Assembly: GCA_050742455.1 (NCBI GenBank)
Contig: JBOGIG010000004.1
Location: forward strand, 9,508-73,507
DNA length: 64,000 nucleotides
Direction of reading: 5' to 3'
Origin: Acidimicrobiales bacterium
Lineage (GTDB): Bacteria; Actinomycetota; Acidimicrobiia; Acidimicrobiales; JBOGIG01
Under the pieces are notes generated by a model. That model worked only from the letters and a program-made list of their open reading frames with translations. It ran no database searches and was not told the DNA's origin. Positions 20,139 through 29,510 of this stretch are shown in pieces (the first letter of the stretch is position 1; the number at the start of each line of letters is the position of its first letter). The translations under genes and the position numbers were made by a program.

Positions 20139-20696
20139 CTAAGGACCGACTCCTGGGCGCACTGGGTTGAATTCGAGGGCTCCGGCTATTTTCTCGGCCC
20201 ATGGAGTGGGACGAGGGTCGCCCCAGTAGTTGACCCGGGTCACGTCCTGAACCCACACACTGGCCTCCAGGGAAGCGCCGTTGACGGGGTCGTCAAAGTA
20301 GATCGAGTAAATGACGGTGTGATCGACGACTTCACTGACGCCGATACCGGCCTCGACAAGCCTGTGGCGCAGATCGACAAGTTCGGCGATGGAACCCAGG
20401 TTGAACGACACGTGGTCGAACTTGGAACCTGAGCCCGGCACACCGGCCGGCTTGGGCGCCCCGGTGTCGACCCCGGGCCATTCGAAAAAGGCAACGGTCT
20501 GGCCATCGCCAATGCGAAAGAAGTAGTGGCGATAGGGGTAAGGCTCCCTTTGGTCGCCATGACCCAGGGTGGCCACCAGCTCCATTCCCAGGACATCGTG
20601 GTAGAACGCCACCGTGGCGTCCATGTCCGGGGTGACCATGGCCATGTGGTTGACTCCGGCCCAGTTCACATTGTCCTCCCGGTCGCCGCTGCACAC
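20139..20696 (-). CDS. VOC (glyoxalase/extradiol dioxygenase) family protein
   Basis: It has a VNHMAMVTPDMDATVAFYHDVLGMELV beta-alpha-beta-beta-beta module and a second half with FDHVSF. Confidence 0.75.
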   Translation of the reverse strand: MCSGDREDNVNWAGVNHMAMVTPDMDATVAFYHDVLGMELVATLGHGDQREPYPYRHYFFRIGDGQTVAFFEWPGVDTGAPKPAGVPGSGSKFDHVSFNLGSIAELVDLRHRLVEAGIGVSEVVDHTVIYSIYFDDPVNGASLEASVWVQDVTRVNYWGDPRPTPWAEKIAGALEFNPVRPGVGP

Positions 20697-20699
20697 ATC

Positions 20700-22037
20700 C
20701 TACGTCGGTGTGGGCTCGACCGCGCCCAGACCGGCCCGGATCGCCTCGGCAAAGTCCACGCCGGCCCGAGTCACGTGGCGCACCCGTTCGGAGTGGAACG
20801 TATCGAAGGCGTGTTGGGTAAAGGGGAGTTCGGCATAAACAACCGGCCGGAGCGACCGCTGGCGCAGCGCAGCTGCGAAGTCCCGGGCTTCTTGCACCGG
20901 CACCAGGGAGTCGTTGCGACCGTGGATGACAAAGAAGGGCGGGGCCGACTCCTTGACCCGATCGATGGGTGAGGCCTTGGCATAGCCCGCTGGATCATCC
21001 TCGAGCCGGGTCTTCATGACCACCTTGGCCAGAAGCCGGGCCATGGCCCGGCCCGGCCGGCGGGCCCGCTTCCGGTTGGTGAAGTCGTACACCCCGAAGA
21101 AGGACATGACCGCGCTGACCGTGGAGTCGATCTCGGCGAAACCGGGTTGATACTCCGGGTCGTTGGCCGTGAGCCCCACCAGCGAGGCCAGATGACCTCC
21201 TGCCGATCCCCCCCCGACCACAACCATGCCGGGGTCCCCGCCGTGGCGGCCGATATTCTGGCGCACCCAGGCGAGCGCTCTCTTGGCGTCGATGAGGTGA
21301 TCGGGGAAGGTGGCCCCCGGACTGAGCCGGTAGTTGATCGACACGCAAACCCAACCGCGGGCGGCCAAATCCTTGATCAGTGGCATGCCCTGCTGCTTCT
21401 TGTCACCGATGACCCACCCTCCGCCGTGGATGTACAGGTACACCGGGCAGTTTTCAGGCAGATCAGCTCGCCGGTAGATGTCCAACAGGTGGGCCTTGGA
21501 GCTCGACTTGGCGTTCGGCTTGGCGTTCGACTTAGTTGCCGTGTCCGGCTGTCCCGTCCAGTAGGCCAAGTCCGGCGTCACAGACACCCTCCGATCACCA
21601 ATCCAAAATGGCAACAAAAACCTCACCAACGCACCTAGTCGCCACCCCCCCGAATCGCCCGGTGATTGAGCCATAGCCCCCGTCACCAGGGTCGCTTCCG
21701 CAAGGGCTGCGGTTAGGACCTTCTCGGCTTGTGATTGTTGACGGGCCAGCACCACCAATCCCACCCAGCTGAGGAAGGTTGCCACCAGTCCGATCCGGCC
21801 ATCGATGCCATTGAACGCCCCGAACAGGCCGAATATGACCGTTGCCACTGTCTGCCAGGCCAGGTGCTGCAGGGGTAGCTCCGAGGTGAGCCACCCGGCC
21901 ATGAACGATGGCCCGTCGATGGCCTCCAACCTCACCGGCCACAAGGCGTTGACGGTGAAGGCCAGGCCGATCAGGCTAACGATGAGGAAGGCCGTTGACA
22001 TGGACACATGATCCTCTCCGGATGCCTCTTGGAGCAA
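20700..22037 (-). CDS. Alpha/beta hydrolase, hormone-sensitive-lipase-like esterase with N-terminal membrane domain
   Basis: It has the HGGGWVIGD oxyanion motif, a GGSAGGHL nucleophile elbow, and N-terminal TM helices. Confidence 0.82.
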   Translation of the reverse strand: MLQEASGEDHVSMSTAFLIVSLIGLAFTVNALWPVRLEAIDGPSFMAGWLTSELPLQHLAWQTVATVIFGLFGAFNGIDGRIGLVATFLSWVGLVVLARQQSQAEKVLTAALAEATLVTGAMAQSPGDSGGWRLGALVRFLLPFWIGDRRVSVTPDLAYWTGQPDTATKSNAKPNAKSSSKAHLLDIYRRADLPENCPVYLYIHGGGWVIGDKKQQGMPLIKDLAARGWVCVSINYRLSPGATFPDHLIDAKRALAWVRQNIGRHGGDPGMVVVGGGSAGGHLASLVGLTANDPEYQPGFAEIDSTVSAVMSFFGVYDFTNRKRARRPGRAMARLLAKVVMKTRLEDDPAGYAKASPIDRVKESAPPFFVIHGRNDSLVPVQEARDFAAALRQRSLRPVVYAELPFTQHAFDTFHSERVRHVTRAGVDFAEAIRAGLGAVEPTPT

Positions 22038-22194
22038 AATAACCCCCGGGCAAGGCAGGTTGCCGGCGTGGCGGCGTGGAAATCTGTCACATCATCAGAT
22101 ACGATGCCAAGCCACGGAGTATTTGGGCCAAATGGCACACATCACCTGGAATTGAACCGGTGTCGGGGGCAGGGGTAATGAGGATGTTGAGAGC

Positions 22195-23664
22195 ATGAAA
22201 ATCCGGTTTGTTGCCCTCATTTGCATCCTGGGCCTGATGGCCACAGCGTGCGGAGCACGCCTGAGCCCGGCCCAAAGAGCAGTGGCCCTGTCCACGTCGC
22301 GGGCGGGCGGCTCCGGATCCGCGGGAGGCCTGAGCCTGGGCACGGGTTCGGGAGCCACGCCCGGATCGGCAGGCTCGGCAGGCTCGGCAGGCACGCCAGG
22401 CAGTTCGGGCACGAGCCTGGGAAGTCCGGGAGGCGGATCGGCGCCAGGCGCCGTACCGGGCTCCCCGGGAGGCTCCGTCTCAGGACCTACGCCGGCCGGA
22501 GGATCCACCAGCGCCCTGCCCCCTGGCGGCAACGGAGGGGCCACCGATGTCGGGGTGACGGCCAACAGCATCACCATCGCCAACGTTTCGGACATATCCG
22601 GTCCGAGCCCCGGTCTCTTCACCAGTGCCCAGCAAGGAGAGGCAGCCGCCGTCGCCTACATCAACAGCCAGGGCGGCATCTACGGGCGCAAGGTGATCCT
22701 CAAATCTCGCGACGACCAGGAGGACACCGGCCAGAACCGAACCCAGGTTCTGGCCTCCTGCCAGGACAGTTTCGCAATGGTGGGGAACACCTCGGCCTTT
22801 GACAATGGGGGGGCGTCGGCCATCGACGCCTGCGGCATCCCCAACATCGCCGCAATCGCCACGACCAACGCCTCCGCCCAATCGGCCGACACCTACCCGG
22901 CCTACCCGACCAATCCCAACGTCTTTGTCATCGGGCCGGCCAAGCACATTGCCGCGGCCTATCCCAATGCAGTAAAGCACGCCGCGCTGATCTGGATCGA
23001 CCAGGCGACCACGTCCTACCTGGCCCAAAAGGAACTGGCCGCCTATTCCAGCGTCGGGTTCAACTTCGTCTACAAGACCAGCGTGAGCGTGGTCGAGACG
23101 AACTTCACCCAGTATGTGATCGCCATGAAGAACGCCGGGGTTCAGTACATCACGACACAATCGGATGCCCCCACCATCGTGCGCCTGTCCCTGGCCATGC
23201 AGCAGCAGAATTACGAGCCCCAGGTCCGGGACTTCTACTCGGTGGCCTACGACCCCGCGTTCATCGCCCAGGGTCAACAGGCGGTCGAGGGCGATCTGGT
23301 CTTCGTCAATACCGCATTGTTCAGCGAGGCCTCGTCCAGCCCGGGAATGCAGCTATACCTGAGCTGGTTGAAGCGAGTTGACCCTGGAGCTGTTCCCACT
23401 TATTTCGGCATCTATGCCTTCTCGGCGGGCCTGTTGTTCCAGAAGGCCGCCACCATGGCCGGCCCCAAGCTGACCCGCAAGGGAGTCCTGGCCGCCCTGG
23501 CCGGTATCCATTCTTGGAGCGCCGATGGCCTGCACGCTCCCCATGACGTCGGGAACAAGACGCCGTCACCCTGCTTCGTCTACATGAAGATCCAGGGTGG
23601 TCAATTCGTCCGCAACTACCCCGCCAGCGGTTTCGACTGCAGCGGTGGGCTGTACCACGGGTAG
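22195..23664 (+). CDS. ABC transporter substrate-binding lipoprotein (LivK/branched-chain amino acid type) with Gly/Ser/Pro-rich linker
   Basis: It has a lipobox (LMATAC) and a low-complexity linker followed by a type I periplasmic binding fold. It sits upstream of LivHMGF-type genes. Confidence 0.8.
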   Translation: MKIRFVALICILGLMATACGARLSPAQRAVALSTSRAGGSGSAGGLSLGTGSGATPGSAGSAGSAGTPGSSGTSLGSPGGGSAPGAVPGSPGGSVSGPTPAGGSTSALPPGGNGGATDVGVTANSITIANVSDISGPSPGLFTSAQQGEAAAVAYINSQGGIYGRKVILKSRDDQEDTGQNRTQVLASCQDSFAMVGNTSAFDNGGASAIDACGIPNIAAIATTNASAQSADTYPAYPTNPNVFVIGPAKHIAAAYPNAVKHAALIWIDQATTSYLAQKELAAYSSVGFNFVYKTSVSVVETNFTQYVIAMKNAGVQYITTQSDAPTIVRLSLAMQQQNYEPQVRDFYSVAYDPAFIAQGQQAVEGDLVFVNTALFSEASSSPGMQLYLSWLKRVDPGAVPTYFGIYAFSAGLLFQKAATMAGPKLTRKGVLAALAGIHSWSADGLHAPHDVGNKTPSPCFVYMKIQGGQFVRNYPASGFDCSGGLYHG

Positions 23665-23667
23665 CCC

Positions 23668-25731
23668 GTGCAGGAGTTCCTGGCCTTCACCGTCGTGGGC
23701 GTCGTCACCGGCGCCATCTATGCAATAGCAGCCAGCGGTCTGGTGGTCACCTACACCACGTCGGGCATATTCAACTTCGCCCACGGCGCGGTGGGGATGG
23801 TGATGGCCTTTGCCTACTGGGAACTCCACATCCACCACCACTGGGCCACTGCACCTTCGTTCATATTCATCGTCTTCATCCTCGCTCCCCTGTCCGGCGC
23901 CCTGTGCGAGCGCTATCTGATGCGAGGCCTCCAAGGGGCCAGCGTGACCGTCTCCTTGGTGGTGACCCTGGGCCTGCTGGTGGGCCTGATCGGCATGGCC
24001 CAGTCCATCTGGAAGCCGGCAGTGCGCATCGTGCCTATGTTCTACGGCCAGGGCGGCCTCCGGATCTTCAACGTGGAGGTCACCTGGCAGGAGCAGATAA
24101 CCCTCTTCGTGGCCCTCCTGGTGGCCGTGGCCCTCTACTTCCTCTTGTACCGGACCCGCATCGGCGTGGCCATGAGAGCAGTGGTTGACGATCGCAACCT
24201 GGTGTCCCTCAATGGGGGTCGACCCAACTTGGTCAGCCAGCTGAGTTGGGCCCTGGGGTTTTCCCTGGCCGGACTGTCCGGCGTGCTGCTGGCATCAATC
24301 CTCACCCTCAACATCTTGGTGTTGACGCTGTTGGTGGTCAACGCCTACGCCGCGGCCATGGTGGGACGCCTCAAGAGCCTGCCCCGCACCTTCCTCGGCG
24401 CCCTCATCCTCGGCCTGATCGGCTCCTACACGGTGGGTTACATCACCCCTCACCTGCCCCGGAGCGTGACCGGCTTGGGCGAGTCGCTGCCCACCATCTT
24501 CTTGTTCGTGGTCCTATTGGTGCTGCCCCAGGATCGGCTACGGGTAGGCCGCATCATCGGGGCCAAGACGCCACGGGTCCCATCCCTACGTCAGTCGGCC
24601 ATCGGAGCCGGATTATTGGTCGCCGGGGCCTGGATCATCTCCGGTCCCCTGTCCCCGGCAGACATCTCCCGTCTAGGCGAGGGCTTGGCGCTGGCCGTGA
24701 TCATGCTGTCGTTGGTGCTGCTCACCGGCTACGGGGGCCAGGTATCGCTGTGTCAACTCACCTTTGCCGGGGTCGGGGCCTTCACAATGGCCAAGGTAGG
24801 GGGGGGACACTCCTGGTTCGGACTGCTCCTGGCCATCGTGCCCGCCGCCTTGGTGGGGGGCCTGATCGCCCTACCCGCCCTTAGGCTTCAGGGTCTGTAC
24901 CTGGCACTGGCCACCCTGGCCTTTGGGGAACTGATGGATAACATGTTCTTCGCCAACAGCCACATCTTCGGCCTGGACGGCAGCCTGAGAGTGGGCCGCC
25001 CCGACATGTTTGGCATCTCGTTCCATTCCGAGCGGGCCTACCTGATCCTTCTGGCCATCGCCTTCGGGCTCATATCCATGTTCTTACTGGCCCTGCGACG
25101 AGGCCCATTCGGCCGGTTGCTGTCGGCCATGAAGGACTCTCCGGTGGCCTGCGCCACCCTGGGTCTGAATCTGACCGCCACCAAGCTTGCCGTATTCACC
25201 GTCTCAGCCGGCCTTGCCGGCCTGGCCGGCGCCCTGTTCGGAGGGCTACGCACCTCGGCCGGGTCGACCGACTTCCAGGTTTTCCAGAGTCTCCCGGTCT
25301 TGTTGTTGGTGGTGATCGGAGGGATCTCTTGTGTCACGGGGGCATTCATCGGGGGCATGCTCTACGGCTTCCTCTTGCCCCTGCTCAAGGAGAAGGTGCC
25401 GGCCCTCGCCGGGATCACCTTCCTCCTGACCGGGGTGGCGGCGGTGGCCCTGGGCCGCAATCCCAATGGCCTGGCCTATTACGCCGCCGAGCGACTGGCG
25501 CCGCTGGCCTGGTGGCGCCGATCCTCGCCGGGCGCTGAGCCTGCGAACTCAAAGGGCGCGGGCACCGACGGCGCCGGAGGGGGAGGCCTGGGAGCCGGGC
25601 TCGCAGGTAAGCCGGCCCAATCCCAACCCGTCTTGACCGGCGCCACCTTGGCCTCGGGCACAGGCCTGGCCTCCGCCGCCTCACGGCTCACCGCCGGACC
25701 GGCCAACCTACCCACCGGACCGGGGAGCTAA
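23668..25731 (+). CDS. Fused LivH-LivM type ABC permease
   Basis: The N-terminal half is LivH-like (GIFNFAHGAVGMV) and the C-terminal half is LivM-like (GYGGQVSLCQLTFAGVGAF), in a single 687-aa ORF. Confidence 0.85.
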   Translation: MQEFLAFTVVGVVTGAIYAIAASGLVVTYTTSGIFNFAHGAVGMVMAFAYWELHIHHHWATAPSFIFIVFILAPLSGALCERYLMRGLQGASVTVSLVVTLGLLVGLIGMAQSIWKPAVRIVPMFYGQGGLRIFNVEVTWQEQITLFVALLVAVALYFLLYRTRIGVAMRAVVDDRNLVSLNGGRPNLVSQLSWALGFSLAGLSGVLLASILTLNILVLTLLVVNAYAAAMVGRLKSLPRTFLGALILGLIGSYTVGYITPHLPRSVTGLGESLPTIFLFVVLLVLPQDRLRVGRIIGAKTPRVPSLRQSAIGAGLLVAGAWIISGPLSPADISRLGEGLALAVIMLSLVLLTGYGGQVSLCQLTFAGVGAFTMAKVGGGHSWFGLLLAIVPAALVGGLIALPALRLQGLYLALATLAFGELMDNMFFANSHIFGLDGSLRVGRPDMFGISFHSERAYLILLAIAFGLISMFLLALRRGPFGRLLSAMKDSPVACATLGLNLTATKLAVFTVSAGLAGLAGALFGGLRTSAGSTDFQVFQSLPVLLLVVIGGISCVTGAFIGGMLYGFLLPLLKEKVPALAGITFLLTGVAAVALGRNPNGLAYYAAERLAPLAWWRRSSPGAEPANSKGAGTDGAGGGGLGAGLAGKPAQSQPVLTGATLASGTGLASAASRLTAGPANLPTGPGS

Positions 25732-25733
25732 CG

Positions 25734-26468
25734 ATGTCATTGCTCGCAGTGTCGTCGGTGTCGGTCCGCTTCGGTGGTGTCATGGCCGTCGACAACCTCA
25801 ACCTGGAAATGCCGGCCGGAACCGTAACGGGCCTGATCGGACCCAACGGGGCCGGCAAGACCACCACCTTTAACGTGATCACCGGTATCCAACCACCCAC
25901 CGCGGGGAGGATCCATATCGACGGGCGGGACATAACCAAGGTCGCCGCCCACAAGCGAGCCCGTTTGGGGATGGCTCGCACCTTCCAGCGTCTCGAGGTC
26001 TTCGGGTCTCTCACCGCCTATGAGAACATCCTGGTGGGGGCGGAGATCTCCCGGGGCTGGAGCAAGGAGAAGTTCGACGCCAAGGCCCGGGCCGAAGAGA
26101 TAGTCGAACTGGTCGGCCTGGCGCAGGTGCGCGACGACCGGGCCGACGCTATGCCCACCGGGCTGGCCCGCCTGGTCGAGTTGGGCCGGGCCCTGGCCAC
26201 AAAACCCAGGGTGTTGTTGTTGGACGAGGCGTCATCGGGCTTGGACGAGAACGAGTCTGAGGACCTGGGCCGCCTGATGGTACGCCTGGCCCAGTCGGGA
26301 CTGGGCATCCTGCTGGTTGAGCACGACATAGACCTGGTCATGAGCATCTGTGAGAACATCTTCGTCCTCGACTTCGGCCGCGTCATCGCCTCGGGCTCAC
26401 CAAAGGCTGTGCAAAGCAATCCTGCCGTACAGGAGGCCTACCTCGGATCGTCGAAAGAGTCAGTGTGA
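25734..26468 (+). CDS. livG: ABC transporter ATP-binding protein (LivG type)
   Basis: It has Walker A GPNGAGKTT, a LARLVELGRAL signature region and Walker B LLLDEASSGL. Confidence 0.9.
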   Translation: MSLLAVSSVSVRFGGVMAVDNLNLEMPAGTVTGLIGPNGAGKTTTFNVITGIQPPTAGRIHIDGRDITKVAAHKRARLGMARTFQRLEVFGSLTAYENILVGAEISRGWSKEKFDAKARAEEIVELVGLAQVRDDRADAMPTGLARLVELGRALATKPRVLLLDEASSGLDENESEDLGRLMVRLAQSGLGILLVEHDIDLVMSICENIFVLDFGRVIASGSPKAVQSNPAVQEAYLGSSKESV

Positions 26469-27172
26469 CCACTCCGGTCCTGGAGCTTCGTGACATTCAC
26501 GCCTCCTACGGGCGCATCGAAGTCCTGCGCGGCGTCAGCCTGATCGTGCCGCCGGCCTGCGTGGTGGCCCTACTGGGGCCCAACGGTGGAGGAAAGACCA
26601 CGACCCTCAAGGTGGCCGGCGGACAACTGCGACCGACCTCGGGTTGCGTGCACGTTGCCGGCAACCACGTAAACGGGGCCGGGGTGGATGCTCTGGCCCG
26701 GGCCGGGGTATGCACCATCCCTGAGGGCAGGGGCATCTTTCCCAATCTGACGGTGTCGGAGAACCTGTTGATGGTCAGCTTCGTGGGGACAACTGCCAAG
26801 GAGGTGAGCGAGGCAGCATTCGAGCGCTTTCCCCGCCTGGGCGAGAGACGGCGCCAGATGGCGGGGACGCTGTCGGGCGGCGAGCAACAGATGTTGGCCA
26901 TGGCCCGGGCCCTGGCCACCTCCCCCGCCCTGCTGCTGCTCGACGAGATCTCCATGGGCCTGGCCCCGCTGGTGGTGGAGGAGCTCTACACCCTGGTGAC
27001 CCAAGTGGCGGCCGAGGGTGTATCCATCCTGGTGGTGGAGCAGTTCGCCCGCACCGCCCTGGCCGTGGCCGACTACGCCGCCATCATGACCCAGGGCAGT
27101 ATCGTGGCCGTGGGTCAGCCCGCCGACATCGAAGAGGCCGTGAAGAACGCCTACCTGGGCGGTGCGGCATGA
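26465..27172 (+). CDS. livF: ABC transporter ATP-binding protein (LivF type)
   Basis: It has Walker A GPNGGGKTT, signature LSGGEQQML and Walker B LLLDEISMGL. There is a 4-bp overlap with livG. Confidence 0.9.
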   Translation: MTTPVLELRDIHASYGRIEVLRGVSLIVPPACVVALLGPNGGGKTTTLKVAGGQLRPTSGCVHVAGNHVNGAGVDALARAGVCTIPEGRGIFPNLTVSENLLMVSFVGTTAKEVSEAAFERFPRLGERRRQMAGTLSGGEQQMLAMARALATSPALLLLDEISMGLAPLVVEELYTLVTQVAAEGVSILVVEQFARTALAVADYAAIMTQGSIVAVGQPADIEEAVKNAYLGGAA

Positions 27173-28680
27173 ATGCCTCCGCCCGCCGGACCAAGAGATC
27201 CACCTACGCCAGGCTGGGGGCCATGGCTGCAGGCGGGCTTTTGTTGACCGTTACCGGCCTGCCGCTCGGGTCGGGCCCGGCCGCCGCCGACTCCACCACT
27301 CCTGGGTCCGCCACGCCATCGTCAGGGCTCGGGGGATTCAGCCTCGAGGCCTCGGCCATGCCCGTTCAGATCTCGCTCAACGACCCCAGCCTCCCCATCC
27401 CGGCCAAGCCCTCAGGGGAATTGGACCTGTCCTACAGTCAGGCCACCGTGTCCACCGGCCTGTCCCATGCCGTGTCGAGCCTGGTGTGGCCCGGAGCCGT
27501 CCTCGGAGACGGCCTGCCCACCCTGGGCCAATTCCTCAATACCGTGAACATCCCCCTACCCGTGCCCGTCCACCTGCCCAATCTTCCCCTCCCCCAGTAC
27601 CCCATCAAGTCGGAGACGACGGCGCCCCAAGGCCCGTTCGACGCCACCATGACCCTGGCTCCGGGGGCCAACCAGACTGCCCATTCCGGGGATGTGAGTT
27701 CTGCGGCCGCCACCACGATGAGCGGCTTCGACACCGCCGGCCTCATCAGCGTCGGAGGGGTGACCTCCACCTCCACCAGCACGGCGGCCTCGGGACGAGC
27801 CACGGCCGCCGCCACCTCGGCAGTCTCCAACATGAGCCTGCTGGCCGGGATGATCAATGTGTCGTCGATCAAGACAGACATTTCGGCGGTGAGCGACGGC
27901 GCCAAGGCAACCGTCACCGGGACGACCAACATGTCTGGCCTCACCGTGGCCGGGATGGCCTTCACTGCCGACTCCACCGGGCTGCACCTGGCGGGAACCA
28001 ACTCCAACGCCCTATCCACCCTGCTGGGAACGGTGGTGGGCAATGCCAATCAAGCTCTGGCCGCCCTCGGGATCAACGTGTCGTTCTACACTCCGCTCGA
28101 CACCTCCGACGGGGCCAGTGCGTCTCGTAGCTCGACCGGCCTGGTGATCACCATCGATACTGCGGTATTGAAGGCTAAGATCGCCGGACCGTTCAACGCC
28201 CTCCTGGCCGCCCTGCCCAGCCAGTTTGTCAGCCAACTGGGCACCTTCACCAGCCTGGCCCCGACCATAACCATGGTGATCGGCTCCGCCTACGTTTCCA
28301 GCGCCGCCAGCCCCACCTTTGACTCAAGCCTGATTACACCACCAAGTTCGACTGATGGCGCCATTTCGGCCTTGGGCGGCTCGTCGACCGGCCTGGGCTC
28401 GGGCTACCTGCCGGGTTCGGTCGGCGGTGTCAGCGGCTACGTGCCGGGCACCCCGGGCACCCCGGGCACCCCGGCCCGGCCCGGAACGTCTGCCCTGGCC
28501 GGCCAACCCCGAACCACCGGAGCCGATCTCATCGCCGTCGCCTCGGCAGGGCTGCCCGTCGGGTTGATAATTTTGATCCTGGCCTTGGCCCTGCTGGCCG
28601 CGGCGGCCATGCGTGACATGTGGACCCGCCTGGTCATGGCGCCTGTTGTAGTCACCGACTGCCCCCTGGAGGAACCGTGA
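27169..28680 (+). CDS. Secreted Ser/Thr/Ala/Gly-rich protein with C-terminal TM anchor (function unknown)
   Basis: It has a signal peptide (RRTKRSTYARLGAMAAGGLLL...AAA), a PGTPGTPGTP linker, and a C-terminal hydrophobic helix (LPVGLIILILALALLAAAA). An ATGA overlap links it to livF. Confidence 0.6.
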   Translation: MNASARRTKRSTYARLGAMAAGGLLLTVTGLPLGSGPAAADSTTPGSATPSSGLGGFSLEASAMPVQISLNDPSLPIPAKPSGELDLSYSQATVSTGLSHAVSSLVWPGAVLGDGLPTLGQFLNTVNIPLPVPVHLPNLPLPQYPIKSETTAPQGPFDATMTLAPGANQTAHSGDVSSAAATTMSGFDTAGLISVGGVTSTSTSTAASGRATAAATSAVSNMSLLAGMINVSSIKTDISAVSDGAKATVTGTTNMSGLTVAGMAFTADSTGLHLAGTNSNALSTLLGTVVGNANQALAALGINVSFYTPLDTSDGASASRSSTGLVITIDTAVLKAKIAGPFNALLAALPSQFVSQLGTFTSLAPTITMVIGSAYVSSAASPTFDSSLITPPSSTDGAISALGGSSTGLGSGYLPGSVGGVSGYVPGTPGTPGTPARPGTSALAGQPRTTGADLIAVASAGLPVGLIILILALALLAAAAMRDMWTRLVMAPVVVTDCPLEEP

Positions 28681-29510
28681 GCGCCCGGAGTTCCAACCAC
28701 AAGCGCACAAGGGGATCGGACCTCAAGGCCGGCCTGGTTTCCGGCCTTGGCCGCCTCCGGCCTTCGAGGCGGGGCCGACGGCGGTCCGTAGCCGGAGCCC
28801 CGACCCCAGGCGCCCCCGGTGCAGGTGTCGGGGCGGCCGGTACAGCGGGGCGGCCCAACCGCTTGGAACAGCTGGCCAAGGCCACATCGGGCCTGGGACG
28901 CAAGGCCCGGGGGATCCAGCCCGAGCGCGTAATGTTCCTCGTCGGTTGCCTCCTGTTCCCTATCGGCATCCTGATCGTGTTCTTGGGCTGGTACGGCGCG
29001 GCGCACACCCCGTATCTGTTCGAGCAGATCCCCTATCTGATCTCGGGTGGCCTCATCGGGTTGGGCCTGGTTCTGGTCGGGGGTTTCTTGTACTTTGGCG
29101 ACTGGTTGGCCCGTATCGGGCGTCAGCAACAACAGGCCGACGAACGCACCCTCGCCGTCCTCTCCCGCCTGGAAACGGCCCTGACCGTGCTCGCCACCGG
29201 CACAGGGGGCAGCAGCACGCCCGCCTTGAGCAACGGCCAAGAGGCTAGGCCGCCCAGAGGTGTCGAAGTCTCGAGCTCCTCCAGGGCACGGCGAAGCATC
29301 CGGCCGGGGGGCCTCTCGGTGGCCGATGGCGGTCCGGTGGCCGATGGCGGTGTGCGGACCAGTCCCGGTCTGGTGGCCACCGCTCGGGGCACCATGGTGC
29401 ACCGCATGGACTGCACCATCGTCTTGAACAAGGAAGGACTGCGACCAGTTGAGCTCGGAGCATCCGGATTTACCCCCTGCAAGATCTGCGGGCCGACGCG
29501 GCCCCACTGA
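28677..29510 (+). CDS. Two-TM membrane protein with C-terminal Cys/His cluster (function unknown)
   Basis: A GTGA overlap links it to the previous gene. Two clear TM helices are present (MFLVGCLLFPIGILIVFLGW and LISGGLIGLGLVLVGGFLYF). The tail reads VHRMDC...PCKICGP. Confidence 0.55.
   Translation: MSARSSNHKRTRGSDLKAGLVSGLGRLRPSRRGRRRSVAGAPTPGAPGAGVGAAGTAGRPNRLEQLAKATSGLGRKARGIQPERVMFLVGCLLFPIGILIVFLGWYGAAHTPYLFEQIPYLISGGLIGLGLVLVGGFLYFGDWLARIGRQQQQADERTLAVLSRLETALTVLATGTGGSSTPALSNGQEARPPRGVEVSSSSRARRSIRPGGLSVADGGPVADGGVRTSPGLVATARGTMVHRMDCTIVLNKEGLRPVELGASGFTPCKICGPTRPH
29318..29353. repeat. 2 x 18-bp tandem repeat in frame (encodes VADGGP VADGGV)
   Basis: Read directly: ggtggccgatggcggtcc / ggtggccgatggcggtgt. 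Confidence 0.9.
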
